A DNA stretch of 64,000 bases from Takakia lepidozioides. Taxonomy: Eukaryota; Plantae; Bryophyta. Shown here in pieces: positions 13,428-31,400 of this stretch. The position numbers were made by a program, and so were the translations under genes. The notes under the pieces were generated by a model that saw only the letters and a program-made list of their open reading frames with translations, was not told the origin of the DNA and did not search any database. The stretch spans positions 34,906,001 through 34,970,000 of the forward strand of contig CM060733.1 of the NCBI GenBank assembly GCA_030704615.1, written 5' to 3'. The stretch's first letter is position 1. Every line of letters starts with the position of its first letter.

Positions 13428-14770
13428 ACTTGTTGCCCACGAGTCCGAGACCAACTAAGATATCAGCTGTACTCTGCCAGAGAGAGCATAAGTGGAGAAC
13501 AATGCCTTGAAATTATCTTTCGGATACTCCTTGAAGGTGCAAGATTCGAAGACGCCCAGCTATGAGACGCCCAACCACGAGGCCACCCACTGTACATCAC
13601 TGCTGTAGCATAAGAGTTTCCAGAATCCAGACAGCCCCGATGCACACCACGACCCAACCATTTGAGAGCAGCGCACGAGTACCTCAGTCCCGAGCAATTT
13701 CCAGACCCTGCACTGTGAACCGACTCTACTCACCTTGGGTCCGCCAGGACCAAAGACTGTACCGTGCCAATCCGTCCTGCCCTCTCCCACGTGCGAGGAC
13801 CAGATCCAGGGTGGCTCCTCGCTGGGAAAGTTTCGTGAAGAGCAGGGTGTGCAAGAAGCACATGGGTAGTAACTAGTAACTATTGGGGTAAACCACAGTA
13901 ATAAATGAAACAACAGGTGCGATCTGAGCATCTGAGGATCCGTTGGCGCTGTGGAACATTCGATTGAGCCCTGTCAAATCCTCCTCAACCCCATTTTTTC
14001 CTTCTTTTCTTTCAAATTGCACTTGCATAACCTAGGTGATCCTGGGTTCAACCCTTCAACATGTGCCTTCACACCGTCCATTTGGCCCTCGATGGCCTGT
14101 GTTGAGCAGTAGGCTCTGTAAATTCACTGGACGTTAAGGAAATTTTATCTTTATCTTTTCAATGAAACTTCTATGTACTATTACTGTTATTACTTGGGAA
14201 GAATGACGGTGACTGTAGTATTAATTTCATGTATCCTGGTGGGAAATCTAGCGGTGAAATCCAGTCGTTTTTATCCCATGTAAAATGTATAGGATGCCGC
14301 AGTTCATAGGCCGCCCCTGACTAAAGCATTTACTGAAGCATTTAATGGCTGCTAGTGTTAAATTATACAGGGTGTTGGTCAGTTGCATCGGGATTCGGAG
14401 ACTGAAACAACCGCGCGTTATTCAGAAGTAGTAGAGAAGTGAGGTGGCAACTTGAAAGCCAGCACAATGCTCGTATGGTGTAGAAGAGCAAGATCAGCAG
14501 CTCGTTAGAAGTAACCTAAGCTCCTTATTGAGGATTGGCACGGACAGAAGGTTGTGCAGCTATGAGCTGAAGTGCGAGGATCTGCAACTGGGTCGAGGAA
14601 GGAGGAAGGAGGAAGGAAGACCCGCCTGCGTCCGAAGTGTCTAACCTGGTAGCTTCCGTTTTGAGATTATTCGACATGCTATCAGCTTCCTAGACATCTT
14701 ACACATCCAGATTTGAAGAGACCCATCGACGTTCTCGCCTCCATTCTAGACACAAGAAACGCCAGGAAGC

Positions 14771-16459
14771 ATGGGTATCGAGGCTGAGCCAAAGCTCCAA
14801 GTGGTCTTGCAAGACCCAACTCTGGTTGTTCCAGCTGTGCCTACCAAATCTCATGTGATGTATCTTTCCAACCTGGACCGGCCCCTGACTATTATTCGAC
14901 ACACTATGTACGTGTATCATGCCAAAGCGATAAGAGCCATGACAATCCAGCAAAAGCGATAAGAGAGGCACTTTCCAAGATACTTGTCCCGCATTACCCT
15001 CTAGCTGGAAGGCTTCAGATTAGTTCGGAGGGGAAACTCGAAGTCAATTGTAATGGCAAAGGGGCCGTGTTTGTGGAAGCTGAGGCAGATGCCGCTATAT
15101 CTGTCTTGAAAAGATATACCGAGTCTGGCAAGCCTCATCCGGAACTGATGCAACTGTTCTACTTAGTTCTAGAGGCAAAGAATCAGGAGGCATTGCATCC
15201 GCTACTTGAGACCCCCCCGTTGGTTGTCCAGGTAACTCATACTGCAGTCAAAGATTTGTTTTATGGTTGCCATCTGTGCATGCAGTGCCCGATTAAATCT
15301 TCCTGCGAGCTCACTGTAAGTGTTTTGAAATGTGTGTTTTGAAATATATCTGGAAATATTGATTGATGGATACCAGACTTGGATGTGAATGCATCTTTCC
15401 TCAAATGCTTGCACTCTTAGCAAGGTCCGATTGGTTATTCAGTATATAGACGACGACCTACCAAGGTGTTTGAATGCGAGATCATATGTCTCGCACTGTA
15501 TGCCGGACGCTCAATATCGCATCTGCGTCCAAAGGTTGAGTTCAGGAGTATCTAAGTTTTGGTTGAATCCCCCTTCTGTGTGCTCGCAGGTGACAAGGTT
15601 CAGGTGTGGTGGGTTCGTATTGGGCTTAGGCTGCAACCATGCGTTTCTGGACGGCTTCTCAGCCATGCAGTTCTTAAATGCTTGGGCCTCTATAGCGCGT
15701 GGAGACAGTACCCCTGTGCGTGCTCCATTCTTGGACCGTACTATTTTTCGCCCACGATCTCCACTTCAGATCGACTTTCCACACCATGAATGGCACGAGA
15801 TGGATCTGTCGAAAGATCTTTTGGGTGATGATTTTGAATACGACTCTTTCTATTTCACCCGTGAAACCCTCACAGAGTTAAAACAACAAGTATTGGAGGA
15901 GCCTGCGGGTAACGTGAGCAAGTGCTCCACTTTCGAGGCGCTCGCAGCCCATGTTTGGCGCGCACGCACGAAAGCACTTGAAATGGAACCATCCCAGAAA
16001 ACCAGACTCCTCGTGGGAGTTGATGTGCGTTCAAAGTTTGTGCCTCCCGTTCCCTCCGGCTTTGCTGGTAACGCAGTTTATGCAGCTTGCGCTATGACCA
16101 CAGCTGATGAGCTCCTATCCAAGCCTCTGTCTTATGCAGTGGAGCTTCTACAAGAAGGGATTGCTTTGATCACAGACAATTACTTGAGATCCGGAATTGA
16201 CTACATTGAGGACGTAAAGGAGATGCCATCTTTGGTCACCATGTCATTTACGATTACCAATTGGTCCCGATTGCCGTTCTATGAGATTGACTTCGGTTGG
16301 GGAAAGCCAATTTACTGTGGACCTCTCCCTCGAGGACCGCGAGAGATAGTTTGCTTTACATTGCCAGATGGAAGTGAGGCGGAAAAGAATAACTTGAGAG
16401 TGATTATCGGACTGCCTCCGAGAGCTATGAAGAAGTTCAAAGAGGCAATAGGCATTTGA
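14771..16459 (+). CDS. BAHD acyltransferase, hydroxycinnamoyl-CoA:alcohol (HHT/ASFT-like), 2 exons, with one apparent 1-bp frameshift near 14924-14926
   Basis: YLSNLD, HYPLAGRL, the conserved Q-intron (PLVVQ|VTRFRCGG, intron 15232-15589), catalytic HxxxD (NHAFLDG), KCSTFEALAAHVWRARTKAL and DFGWG. The frame from the ATG stops at 14962 unless one A is added to the AAA run. Confidence 0.88.
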
Positions 16460-18283
16460 ATCAGATGGGTTTCTGCAGAGTAACCGTTGTTTCATACAAT
16501 CTTATCTAATCAATTCTAGTAGGAGGTTTGCAATTAGCCGGCTAGTTTGCAACCTGTTTGCAATTGTGTGGGGTGGATCTTGCATCCGACGTATGCACCG
16601 TAGCGCCATACGTATACGGCCTATAAGAAGCGTTAAATGCATGTATTGTTTGTGTTTGTATGCGCCTCCAGTGCTGTAGTGCACACGCAATTCTCCATTC
16701 CTTCCTGCAATCACAAGAGCCTTGTCCTTGCTCACACGCAACTAAGAGCCTTGTCCTAGCATTGACTCTGTGTAACTGCTCCTACTGTGGAAGCTTCGTG
16801 CTTAGAAGCAGAGCGTGTAGGTGGTTAGGGTGATCAATGTCGGTCAACTATCTGAGGGACTATTGAGAGCAGGCTTTGTATCTGCAACGATCGCAATCAT
16901 ATGTATGGACTGCAGTTTCGTTGCGGACTTTAGTTCAGGGCTGTTGATGGCCCACATCTCTGGACCACAACTGTGTTGTTGGAACGTCAACCTAATTCTA
17001 GCGACTACAGAAGGTCGGCGACTAGTTTTCGCGTAGAGCAAGAATAGGGTGCCATAGTGCCATGTCATTGTTGCCACGTCATCATAGTCACATTATCGTC
17101 ACATGTCATCGTGCCACGTTTCGTCTCGTCGGCGTCAAAAGTTTTGGAACCTGCCCGGATTGCCTGGAAAATCCGAAAGAAACCTCTCTAGGGCCCAATG
17201 GACGGTCTGAAGGCACACGTTGAAGGATTGAGTTCCACCTACCTTAGGAGTCGTCTGGATGAATGTAAACACTGGATGAAGGGTGGATGACCGTTGCGAG
17301 GGAAACGGAATGACAAGCTGGCTTAATAAAGTAGGTTGTCTGGAGCTGGATGAGCATCTGAACATGATCTGTTAAGCCAATCACGAGTGGCCACTCTGTC
17401 AGATGGCATTATTTAAAGGATTACCTGGAAGCCTTCAGTGTGCTCAACTGGTGTACGTGTGTGTGACGGCGGTGGATGAATGTGTGTTGTAGTGACACGT
17501 CAAGTCTCCTCATAGTGTAGATCCTTTCTTCCTCGCAGGCACGCTTTACCAAGCTAAACATCCCCTCACTAGCACATACCTGCGGAGGAGTGGAATAAAA
17601 ACAGTGGTGCAGAATCTGGTTTTACAGCCTGAGCCAGAGGAACTGGCCCTGCCAAACTTCAAAGACAAAAAAAACAGAGATCACGACGGCCAGACTCACT
17701 TAACTTCACAACCGCAATCTCCAACACGCCTGCGATTTGAGGACAAGCTAACTTTTTTCACTTTTGCAGAAAAACAAAAAATGGGTGAATGACCTCGGCA
17801 TTCGCAATTACGGGCACATAGAAGGTGCTCTCTGATTGAAATTTCAGAGTGAAAAACCTAAAGTTAGGGCTGAAACTAGAGGATGACATTGCTCAATCTC
17901 GTACCAGAATTATATTCCATCATCTCATTTAAGTCTGCGATGTGTAATATCCTTGATTCTTCTACTCCAGCCGTGACAGCATTGCTAACTGAGGACTTCA
18001 TGACAAAAGTGGGTGTATCAATCCTTTTCACCCTAGTTAGAATTCGCATGACTAGGGAGCACTTGTGTTTATGGCTAGAATCCTAGATGAATTCAGCATT
18101 CAGTTCTTAATCGGTCTCAGCCTGAAATGGCCCAATGGGTGATGTTGAGCCCCGCCCCAAGTCCTCATCTTGAAGCCGTTTTTCATCAGAGAGCGGGGCA
18201 AATAGTCGATACAGCACTAATGAGTGCTAGTCTGTAACTTGGCATAAATAGATAAGTAAATCTTAAATTAGTCAGTGTCTGTG

Positions 18284-22233
<3,950 letters not shown>

Positions 22234-25200
22234 GGAGATCCCCAACCAGTTCCTCACAGAAGACTATTGCAGATGACGAACAGTTGAAGATCCAAAGCTC
22301 GATAGATGCTCTATAATTTCGAACATCTCTACTCCTTATCTAGCAGCGATTCTGGATTATACAGCACTCAGGGGGCATTTGCGCCCGGGCAGGGGAAATG
22401 TTTGAGTTTTGCTTTAGGTTTCTTTTTTGTTCCCCCCATAGAGAGTGGCGTTCATGTTCATGTTCTTTTCATATACTATTTGTTTGTTTGCCCATAGGAC
22501 ATCCTATTCCCGACCCAAACAGACCTTTTTTGGATCGTAATTGTAACAAGCCTAAAAAGGCCATCGGCTCTCAAAACATAAGAGAAAGGTGACAGTAAGG
22601 GGCATGCACGAGCGGCTTGCCACCAGACCACAGGCTGGTCACTTACCTTATTACTCACATGTGCCTCTCTCTTAACTCTACCGTCGAGAGGATCCAGAAG
22701 GCCAGCGGGGGCCAGCCACAGATACCCCACTCCCACTGTCACCCAACAAGATATGTACTTACATCTTCACGTAACGTAATGACAAGCACGTGGGTTGCAG
22801 CACTAATAGAAGCTTTGTCACACCCACGCCTAGATTCTCGAAGGCTCTCTCATAATCACACACAGTACCTAGGGCCGCTCTTCAAACCTCAACACTGAAC
22901 AATGCTACCTAATATATTAAGCACGAGCGGGATTTCAGATGGGCGTGGAAAGTAGTGGTGTCAAGTGTCAACCTCGTCTGTGTCGTCAACCTCGTTCAAG
23001 CATGTCCTTTGCTGTGAGTCAAGTTGAAGGTGTTGGAGATGGAGATCCACAGAATGGTCAAGTAGGATTAACTCTTAGATGCTACTCTTAGATGCTACTA
23101 CAAGGTTTAATATTTAGCAGTTACACGATCTATGATGACCACCACACTTAGTTGCTGCCCCACTCTCCGTTGTTTTTTCTGGTTGAAATCGCAGTGTGAC
23201 CATGTTACTGCAAGTCATCAAGAGTTACGAGTTACGCTGATTTATTTCAAGACGAAATATCTAAGTCAGAGGCCAACTAGGTTACACTAGGATTTAACGG
23301 AGACATGCAGTTGGCCAAGGTGTTGCTACTGCGTACTATTTACGGATAGATAGTGACAGCATTATTTTGAATTACTAGACTCCCGCCGGCGCCGAGCAAT
23401 CGATACTACGAATAGTATTTAGGCTTACTACAGAGAGAAGGTGCTGAAAACTTCTTTGTATGTTGATGCCTTATGGTGGAATTGCAGTAGTGTAAAGTGC
23501 TCCAATACCATCGTGTGTTTTGATTGCCTGAATCTTTGAATTGCTGTTCTAGATAGTATTGTGTGCTTTGAGTTTTTCTACAGTGTGTGCATGCTTGACC
23601 ATCCAAGGGAGAACTTGGACTTCCCTGTAGAGCTGTTTAGAGCTTCAGTATATAGTTAGCTCTTAGAAAGTTGGAAGTCGGACCTTTTTGACAGTAAGCT
23701 TTCCTTACTTGATCCACTTTAGAAGGATCTCCTTTTGCTGAGTCACGTTGGAGCATAGTGTAGGTATAGAGCTGCGCTGCTCGACCGATATGAGGGTGAC
23801 AGGGGCAGATCATGTCCTTTTTCCGCAGGACACGACAGGTTGTGATGGCTCCACGGTGCATGGCCTGATTCACTTTCTTACAAGTCCAGTGCCTGAATTG
23901 CCCCAGGCATATGTATCTCGTTGTAGGATTACGCGTGCGTTTCTGAGCCGGATAGGTATAAGATATTCGCTACTTCGCTGGCTACATCACTAACTACTAC
24001 ATACACACCAAGTAAACGTTTTCTAAGCTCACGAGTCATCACCCGTCCTCCGGCTCGGGATCCCAAATCGTGGAGACAACTTGGGCACAGACGCGCAGAC
24101 TACAGTGGGTTGCAGGTCCGTGTTGGATTTCGTCATCACAGTCTTGCTTCTGGCGCACTGTCCGCTGCTATCCGTCTGACATTAGAATCATTGACATGAC
24201 TTCGGAGGATCTCATGTTTTACTCGTTTTGTTGCGCGCTCTAGACTGAATTATCATAGCTGGACCTGAACTTGATGAGACAGAACGAACGCCCAGGAGAT
24301 GACGTCCGAATAAATAACTCCTCTCTCTTATTTCCGTGAATCAGTTGTCTGTTGTTATCTCGCTGTTTCTGTCTGGTGGCCAGTTCTCCACCTGTTTCTC
24401 AGGGCTTTGCCGTCCCTTTGCATGTGTTAGTTGAGAGCTTATGGCAGAGAGAAACAGCTGTATGCCTATAAACAATGTGTTGAGGCAGATTAAATAGCTG
24501 TTGCCTAGTGATCATTTTGGAAGTGGGAGAGGAAATGATGTTGAGATGACGTTGTTAGACTGGTTTTGTACCAGTATACACAAGGTGAGATTCATGTGGT
24601 TGCGCATAACATTTGCATGTACAGACAAGTTCAGGTTTTACCCTGTCCTTGTGAAAGGAGGTTGCAATTGGTAGATTGCATTTGTGGTGGGTTGTCGGAG
24701 GAGAACTCTCAGTAAATCAAGATCCTGCAGACGTGTGAGAATTACTTTACTTTGTAGACTGATCATCATATGCTGTTCTCCCTGCTTTGCAGCTTTCAAA
24801 TTATAACATCTTGGGAATAAACAATGTTGCCATGCAGACACCGTTGTAATTTACTCTGCACTCTCAAGAAAGCAGAGTTTTTTTAGGCGGGTGGAATTTG
24901 TTGAGATTTGCCCATCTGCTCTACAGCAGATGGAATGGAAGCTTACATGTAGAGTGGAATGTATTGAAATGTTCTGACACAACCAAGACAAAAGCAATCA
25001 CCAGCATGATGTACCTATGCAATGGAATTTCTTTGAGATGTTTTCACTTTCATCACATGTCTAACTGAGTTTATCTGAACTCCCGCTCCACGCCATAAAA
25101 CCTACTCTACAAATGGGCAGTACAGAATCAGACAGCCGACTTCCTTGTTCACGTTTAATTATCCCCAAACAATAATACTAGTGTCATGGTGGGTACACAA

Positions 25201-25828
25201 CTCGGTACCATCGAATCTTAGTCGGTGATAACATGGTTCACTTCTTTTCTTAACATGAAGTCGAACAGATTATTACAAAAGTTCAGCAGTATAAATCAAC
25301 CTTGTGTTCAGTGAGAGTGGAGTAAAGCTAAATTCTTATGGTGTAGTGTACTCTACATCAGCGTTGGAAAATTCTGATGTACAGTCCATGAAATCCAAGA
25401 AAAAATCCCAAATGTCTATCATCTGCAGCAATTAGAAGCGATATTTCAATCTGCTCTACTGAGAGAGCAGCTAGTTGGCATTGAACCAAGATGCTACCAA
25501 ATCACTTTCGCGAGTTTATTCCAATTCTAGCCCCAAAGGCTGTGTACACACACAGGAGCTCTGCCTCATGATAAAATATGCCTTACTTGAGCACATAACC
25601 CTGTCTGCACTGCAACGGTCGACCCCATGTAGAGTTTCAAAAAATATCTTTCACCCTCTCACAAATTGTTGATCTACTGATTAACACTAGTTGGCTGAGA
25701 AGCCCAATCACCGGAGTTCATCCTCACAGTGGAAAAATTACATAATGAGATTCCTTTGCTAAACTTGCTCAAACAGAGGGAAATTTGGTTTAGTTGTACA
25801 TTCTCACTGAGCCATCAATCGATATGGT

Positions 25829-28800
25829 TCACATTGAAGAACTGTGTCGCAGACAAAAGGATTCAATACGGTCCCACGACTCTTCCAGCAAAAGTAGAGG
25901 GATGGCGAACACCACCCGTATCCAATCTGGAGTGCCAAAAGCAGCACCTGTACATAGGTCACCAACTTCCATAAGATAACTAGTTGAATCACAATTCAAT
26001 TATCGAGAGGAGAGAGATTACAGATATCCTCCAGAATGCAGACATTTGTAGAGCGTTCAGCTGATCTTCATTTAACCCCAAATGTCACTCAGGAATGGAT
26101 GGAGCGCCTTAAGAAGGTGAGCTGCTGAGGGATATGTATGAGAGAGCGAGATGAGAGAGAATTAACAAAGAACCGTGGACGGTGGAAGATACTTCCACCA
26201 TGGGGATTCAATTCAGGATAAGGTGGAACCAACAAAGAACTACCTCAGCATAGAGAGAGAGAGAGAGAAAAGAGTGGTCGAGCAGGGTTGGCCGGAATAA
26301 TGAAAGTGAGATAGATGGAAGAGGCTCATTTTCTGGGAAATGCAATCACTTCAGCATTACAATTTGGTGGACAGGATTATTCTTTACTTTTTCATCATCT
26401 GTTTGTTTCACAGGACTGCATCTCATTATACTTCAATGGACGTTAAAATTGAGTTGGTGGGGTAACGTGAATGTCTTACCCATGTCTATACACAGGATTT
26501 CAACTGCTTCCTGAAGCCTCTTAGCTGTACTGGAAAACCAATTATTTGTTACTTCATACCAAGGATGAATATAGTACCTGGCAGTACTATGACTGACTCT
26601 TCCTTCACCAGTGCTGAGGCAAATTCCAAGTCATTTCGTAGGCCTTTAAACGCCCCCCTGTCAATTCTCACCTACAGGCACACACACAGCCAGTCAGCTA
26701 AAGACAGTAATCAAATTATCTCGTCATCTAAAATCAGGGAAATCCCAGTTCTAGGTTGTATCCACGAGGTTTGTTGGATCACACATCTAGCCTGAAACTT
26801 GAAGTATCCTCCTCTTCGCAGTATTCTCGCCTCTGCCATCGTCACCACCTGATAGGCTAGCAATGATCATCATACAACTCAGAAATTTGATGGAAAGTTA
26901 GCAACAGTACTTGGAAGTTGGAACTAACCATGATATACATTGCCCCCTGTGGCTTTATGGAGCAATGAAGGCCTTTAATTTGTTGGATACGTCTGTAGCA
27001 TAGATCAGCACCAGCCTTGAGTGACTTGAGTGTGTGATCATAGAAGTCATCAGGAGTGTCCAGCAGCATACCGGATACTGCAGCCTGCTCTCAGCATCAA
27101 TGAAACCCAAGCTGCTCAGGCAGTTAGCTTTGCTTAACAATACATCATGTATCTCTCCAGATCTACCGCTCATAAAATGAAATATTGAACGCAGTACTCT
27201 GTCCTTGTTCCAACTCCTAAGTCTGAGTGCATTGTGTCTGCAAAGTCTATACTACTGCAACTCGCCGACATTCCGATTTCCCGTCTATGCTAGTCGAATA
27301 AACCAGGCCATTGAGAGCAGAAAATAGGTGCATCACCTGAGATAATGTCGACGTCCCAATTGTCATTTGCATAAGCCTTGTTAGGGCCTCCACCACCTGT
27401 CCCAGCCATGATTTTATTAAAATTTAACTTATCATCCTCTCTCAGCCTGCCAAAGACATCACAACGTCACCATCTTGCGACAAAATTGTGCCTCTTCAAC
27501 TGTCATTCCGCAGCTCACCAGAGCTACCGTGATCAGCCTTGAGAGCACATGTCATTTGTGGCCATGATAGTGGACCTTACCTAGACAGATGTCCAGAGGG
27601 CTTCAAGCCCACCTTCTTTAGTCTTTTAATGGTAGTGTCCACCTGTCAGAAACTAATAAAGTGGCGGGGCATCCGTTGATTATCTCAAAAAGCATCATTA
27701 TTTCAGATAAAACACGTCGCTACCCTGCCTAACTGTTTTACAGACGAAAGATCCTGTCACAGCATGTGCGGCTGGTAATGGTATCCAGTTACTCAAACCT
27801 TTGTCATCAGATGTAGTTTGAACATTACTGTGCAAGGGAAGGATAATCAAGTGCAGAACACGCACCCTTGCTGTAGTTAGGATGCCTTTGGGGTCACCAA
27901 CAATGATCCACCCTAAGCGCCAGCCTGGTGCGAGCCACCTCTTTGAGATGCCCCCCACAGTAAGCACTGGCACTTTAAATGAGAAAGTTGCCATCGGTAT
28001 GAACTCTGCATCATCAAAGACCATATGTGCATAAATTTCGTCCGAGATAATTGGCACTCTGAGCCTCTCTGCAACAGCTGCAATCTGTCCTGGCGGGAGC
28101 ATGTTATCAGAATCTTGATGAGAGAAAGAGGAAGTAACTAGAAAGGGAAAACAAGCACACTAAAACTGACGCATCAAACAATCAATCAATTGACGGTGAA
28201 TCTTCCCCCAAACAGTCCATCCAAAAGATGAAGAATGTGCTGAGATAACAAATATTATAGGTCGCACCTTGGCCAAGTGTCGGTGATTGTACACAGAGCC
28301 ACATGGGTTGCTGGGATTACATATGATCCAAGCTGCAGTGTTTTCATCAACTAGTGACGCCACTTGATCCAGATCAACTTCCCAGTTTCTTTCTGGAAGT
28401 AGGTCATAGTGCCGACATTCCACCCCATAATAGTTGGCGAAAGTTTCGTAGACGGGGAAACCAGGCCTAGGCAGCAGCATGTTGACGCCCGTTCTCGCCA
28501 GGGCAGCAATGCACAGCTGAATCGCTTGAGAGCATCCAACAGTGATACATATGTCATCAGGTGTAAGCTGAAAGGGTAGAGTTGAGGAGTGATAGTCTGC
28601 AACAGCCCTGAAATGGTTAAAGAGCATGGTTAGAACTTCGGCTTAATTTGACAAAACTCTGACATTTTGTTACCACAAGTGAGCAAGACCTGAGCAGTGC
28701 AGCACGCTCCGAAAAAAAGAGAAGGAGCACGGCAGGAGTCGGCAGTACGAGGAAAGGACCAACTCGATGGAAAGATTCAGGTTTAACAAAATGATTAGAT

Positions 28801-29204
28801 ACGCGAGCAAGCAAACTAGAACTAATCTTAGCAACGGATATCTTGGCTCCTGTAACGAGCTTTGAAAGTAGAAAGGAAGGGAAATTGTACTTGCGACATT
28901 CATAGAATCCTGCGGAGTGTGCATATCCATTGAACTTGTAGCTCTTTGTGGCGGTCACCATTGCATCAACAGCAGCTTCAGGGACCTTCAGATGACCGAA
29001 CGCAGTCGGATCCCCTTGTGCCAGAGAAATTTTATCCTTGCCTTCCGTTGAGACCACACTCAGAGACTCAAGTAGATCTCGAATTGGGTTCACGCTCTGC
29101 AGAGCTGCAGTGCTTGCTCTCACATTCCATTCATGAACAAGGAACGTCTCCGCCTGATACCCGTGGCCCGACCTGTTGCCACGGTGCACAAACCTTTCTT
29201 GCAT
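25829..29204 (-). CDS. TAT: Tyrosine aminotransferase (PLP-dependent, TAT/nicotianamine aminotransferase family), 7 exons, intact
   Basis: Exons ~29204-28891, 28607-28268, 28084-27866, 27396-27337, 27084-26929, 26671-26578 and ~25947-25829. Motifs ISLAQGDPT, KFNGYAHSAG, LLPRPGFPVY, NPSNPCGSVY, SDEIY, PLP lysine GGISKRWLAPGWRLGW, KEESVIVLPG, WIRVVFA. The start codon is uncertain. Confidence 0.93.
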
Positions 29205-30656
29205 GGTTGCGTTCGGGTCACTTTCCAAAAAAAATCATGGAATACACAGATCTCTCCTTGCGTTCAGAGCGAGATGCCTGAACTAGGTGAGAAGATAAGC
29301 TGAGACTCAGTACTCCCCCTTCACTCCCGACAAATTCATTTATCTTTGCCCAAAGAAGCTCATGTAGCAGCCAGAGCCAGCTATCGCCGCAATATCACTC
29401 ACACGGATGTCGCCTTGAAGACTACCCGAGCGAGACACAGACAGACAGAGAGCGAAGGCTCCAGTGAAGAGAGAGAACGAGACTGACCGCCGCTATTACT
29501 GGGCCCAAGGCTTTTCTCGTTTTACCATTTTACTTTCCTCTATTATTGTTCCCAAATTTCCTGCTTTGGATGATGTAAACCCGCGAGCATACTTCATCTT
29601 GAACACCTGGACGAACAAAGGATAGAATTCATTCGTCATTCAGGAAGGGGTCCTCTTACGAACGGCCGCAAGGGGACCACGTGGACGCAGTAAAGATTGT
29701 GACGACAAAAGCCCCCTTTGATAGTACCACGCCAGGCTATGCCGCACAGGCACCTGCGGTATTTTCTTAATAGCACTATTAAATTACATTTTCCTACAGG
29801 CAATGAGAAATGAGTGGTAAAAGAAAAACAAATTAGGAAACATGATAGAGCCCATCAGCTGCACTGTGGTGGTTCTCCTGACAGACCAATCGAGATCACC
29901 TTACTGCATCACAAGCAGCACACATAAGAGGCCCTTTAGGGTTGATGGTCGGTTGATCTCCATGGTTGAAAGAAAAGTTAGCTGCTTGCAGGACACAATG
30001 CCAAGGACAATGTGGTGAGGGTTCCTTCCTCTTCAACACATTTCAGCCTGTTTTTCCCTCTCATGATCATCGTCCCTAATTTTTCATTCTGAAACCTGCA
30101 AGTTAGCTCGTTGGGGTGGGCCTATGGTGGTTTGGAGTGATTGGACATGTTACTAGTTACTACCAATGTGGCAACAGGAAAGCATCCGAAAACAGATAAC
30201 AGAGACGAGGAGTGATAGTGTGATCCAGGCTATCACCGTATAGTACATTGATCACGGGGTTAGTAGGCTGAACCCAGAAATTCTACCCGTTTGTCTAGTA
30301 TTTCAATTCTCTCGAGTCTTTACCAGTTGTCATGGAGGCTTTGTATCTAATCCTCTCACACAGTGCAGGATATTTATGATGACTAGTTACTATCGGAAAA
30401 AAAAATCAGCTTATAACGCAAGATATCAGGCCCATTAGGCCCATTTGTCGCCAAGAGATTGTGACTGCACTTACTCAGTAATACATGCTAATATAACACT
30501 TGTGACAAGTATGCAAGTCAATTGTTTTGTTCAGATTGTCATGAAGATTTTACAATGCAGAGAGGTTCTGGGGGCAAAATGGTGTCCATTATCATTTCCT
30601 GTAGTATTCCATCTTCCTATTACTGCGCCTCATCATCACTCAACCTCCAAAGCACG

Positions 30657-30900
30657 TCAGCCGGTAGCTCAGCTGGAGAGTGCACAGTGTGTCGCCCTGG
30701 TGGTTCGGGGTTCAAACCCGCTGCCCTGCCTGGTGTGTGGATTGTTCGTGACCGGTTGGTCTGGTGGTGACGTTTCCCACCTGTGTGCCTAATGGCTTAT
30801 CTGAAAGGGGGTTAATTTTTCCCCCTCCTCAAGGGCCTGAATTGTGAGCAGTCGCTCCCAGGTTTCCTTTTAAGAAAAGAAAAAAAAAAAAAAAAAAAAA
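30657..30900 (+). mobile_element. tRNA-derived SINE
   Basis: Pol III A box TAGCTCAGCTGG (30665-30676) and B box GGTTCAAACCC (30709-30719) at tRNA-like spacing. A ~150 bp unrelated body follows, ending in an A-rich tail (~30872-30900). Imperfect flanking repeat AACCTCCAAA / AACTTCAAAA. Confidence 0.78.
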
Positions 30901-31400
30901 CTTCAAAAAATACTGGACACCAACACTTCCTAATAATAAGGGCCCAGGTTTGAAAGGGGGTGTGGGGATTAGAGAGTGGTCCAGGAATTATGAAGCCGGA
31001 GTTATAGTAAGCTACAGCAGCAGGAGTTCAATTAATAACTGTCATGTAAGGGGGAAAAAAAAAAGGCTGGAAGGTAAGACCTATTAAATGTTCATGGTTG
31101 AATTGGGGTAAGCGTGGTTTCTAGGAGTGACGTGTGTTAGGGCAGCCTTCTAGAAGGTCCCACCGCCCCCAGGGTATATAAAGAGAACCCGGCTCTCTTC
31201 CCCTGCATCTTACTATCTATTCTTATTACTTACTACTTACTAGTACCTAGGGGGCTCTGCACACATGGCCCAAAAAAAAATGCAAACCAAGTAGAGGTAA
31301 TGATGAGTAAGGGCCATGTTCCTCTTTGCTATTTGGATCCAAACTCTGAGCTACAGATTGATGGTTGCTACTCTTATCATCTTCAGCAGTCATTGTGATG

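Noticed and set aside
30657-30730. tRNA gene
   Set aside because: A and B boxes are present, but there is no convincing acceptor or anticodon stem, and a body plus poly(A) tail follows, so it was called a SINE.
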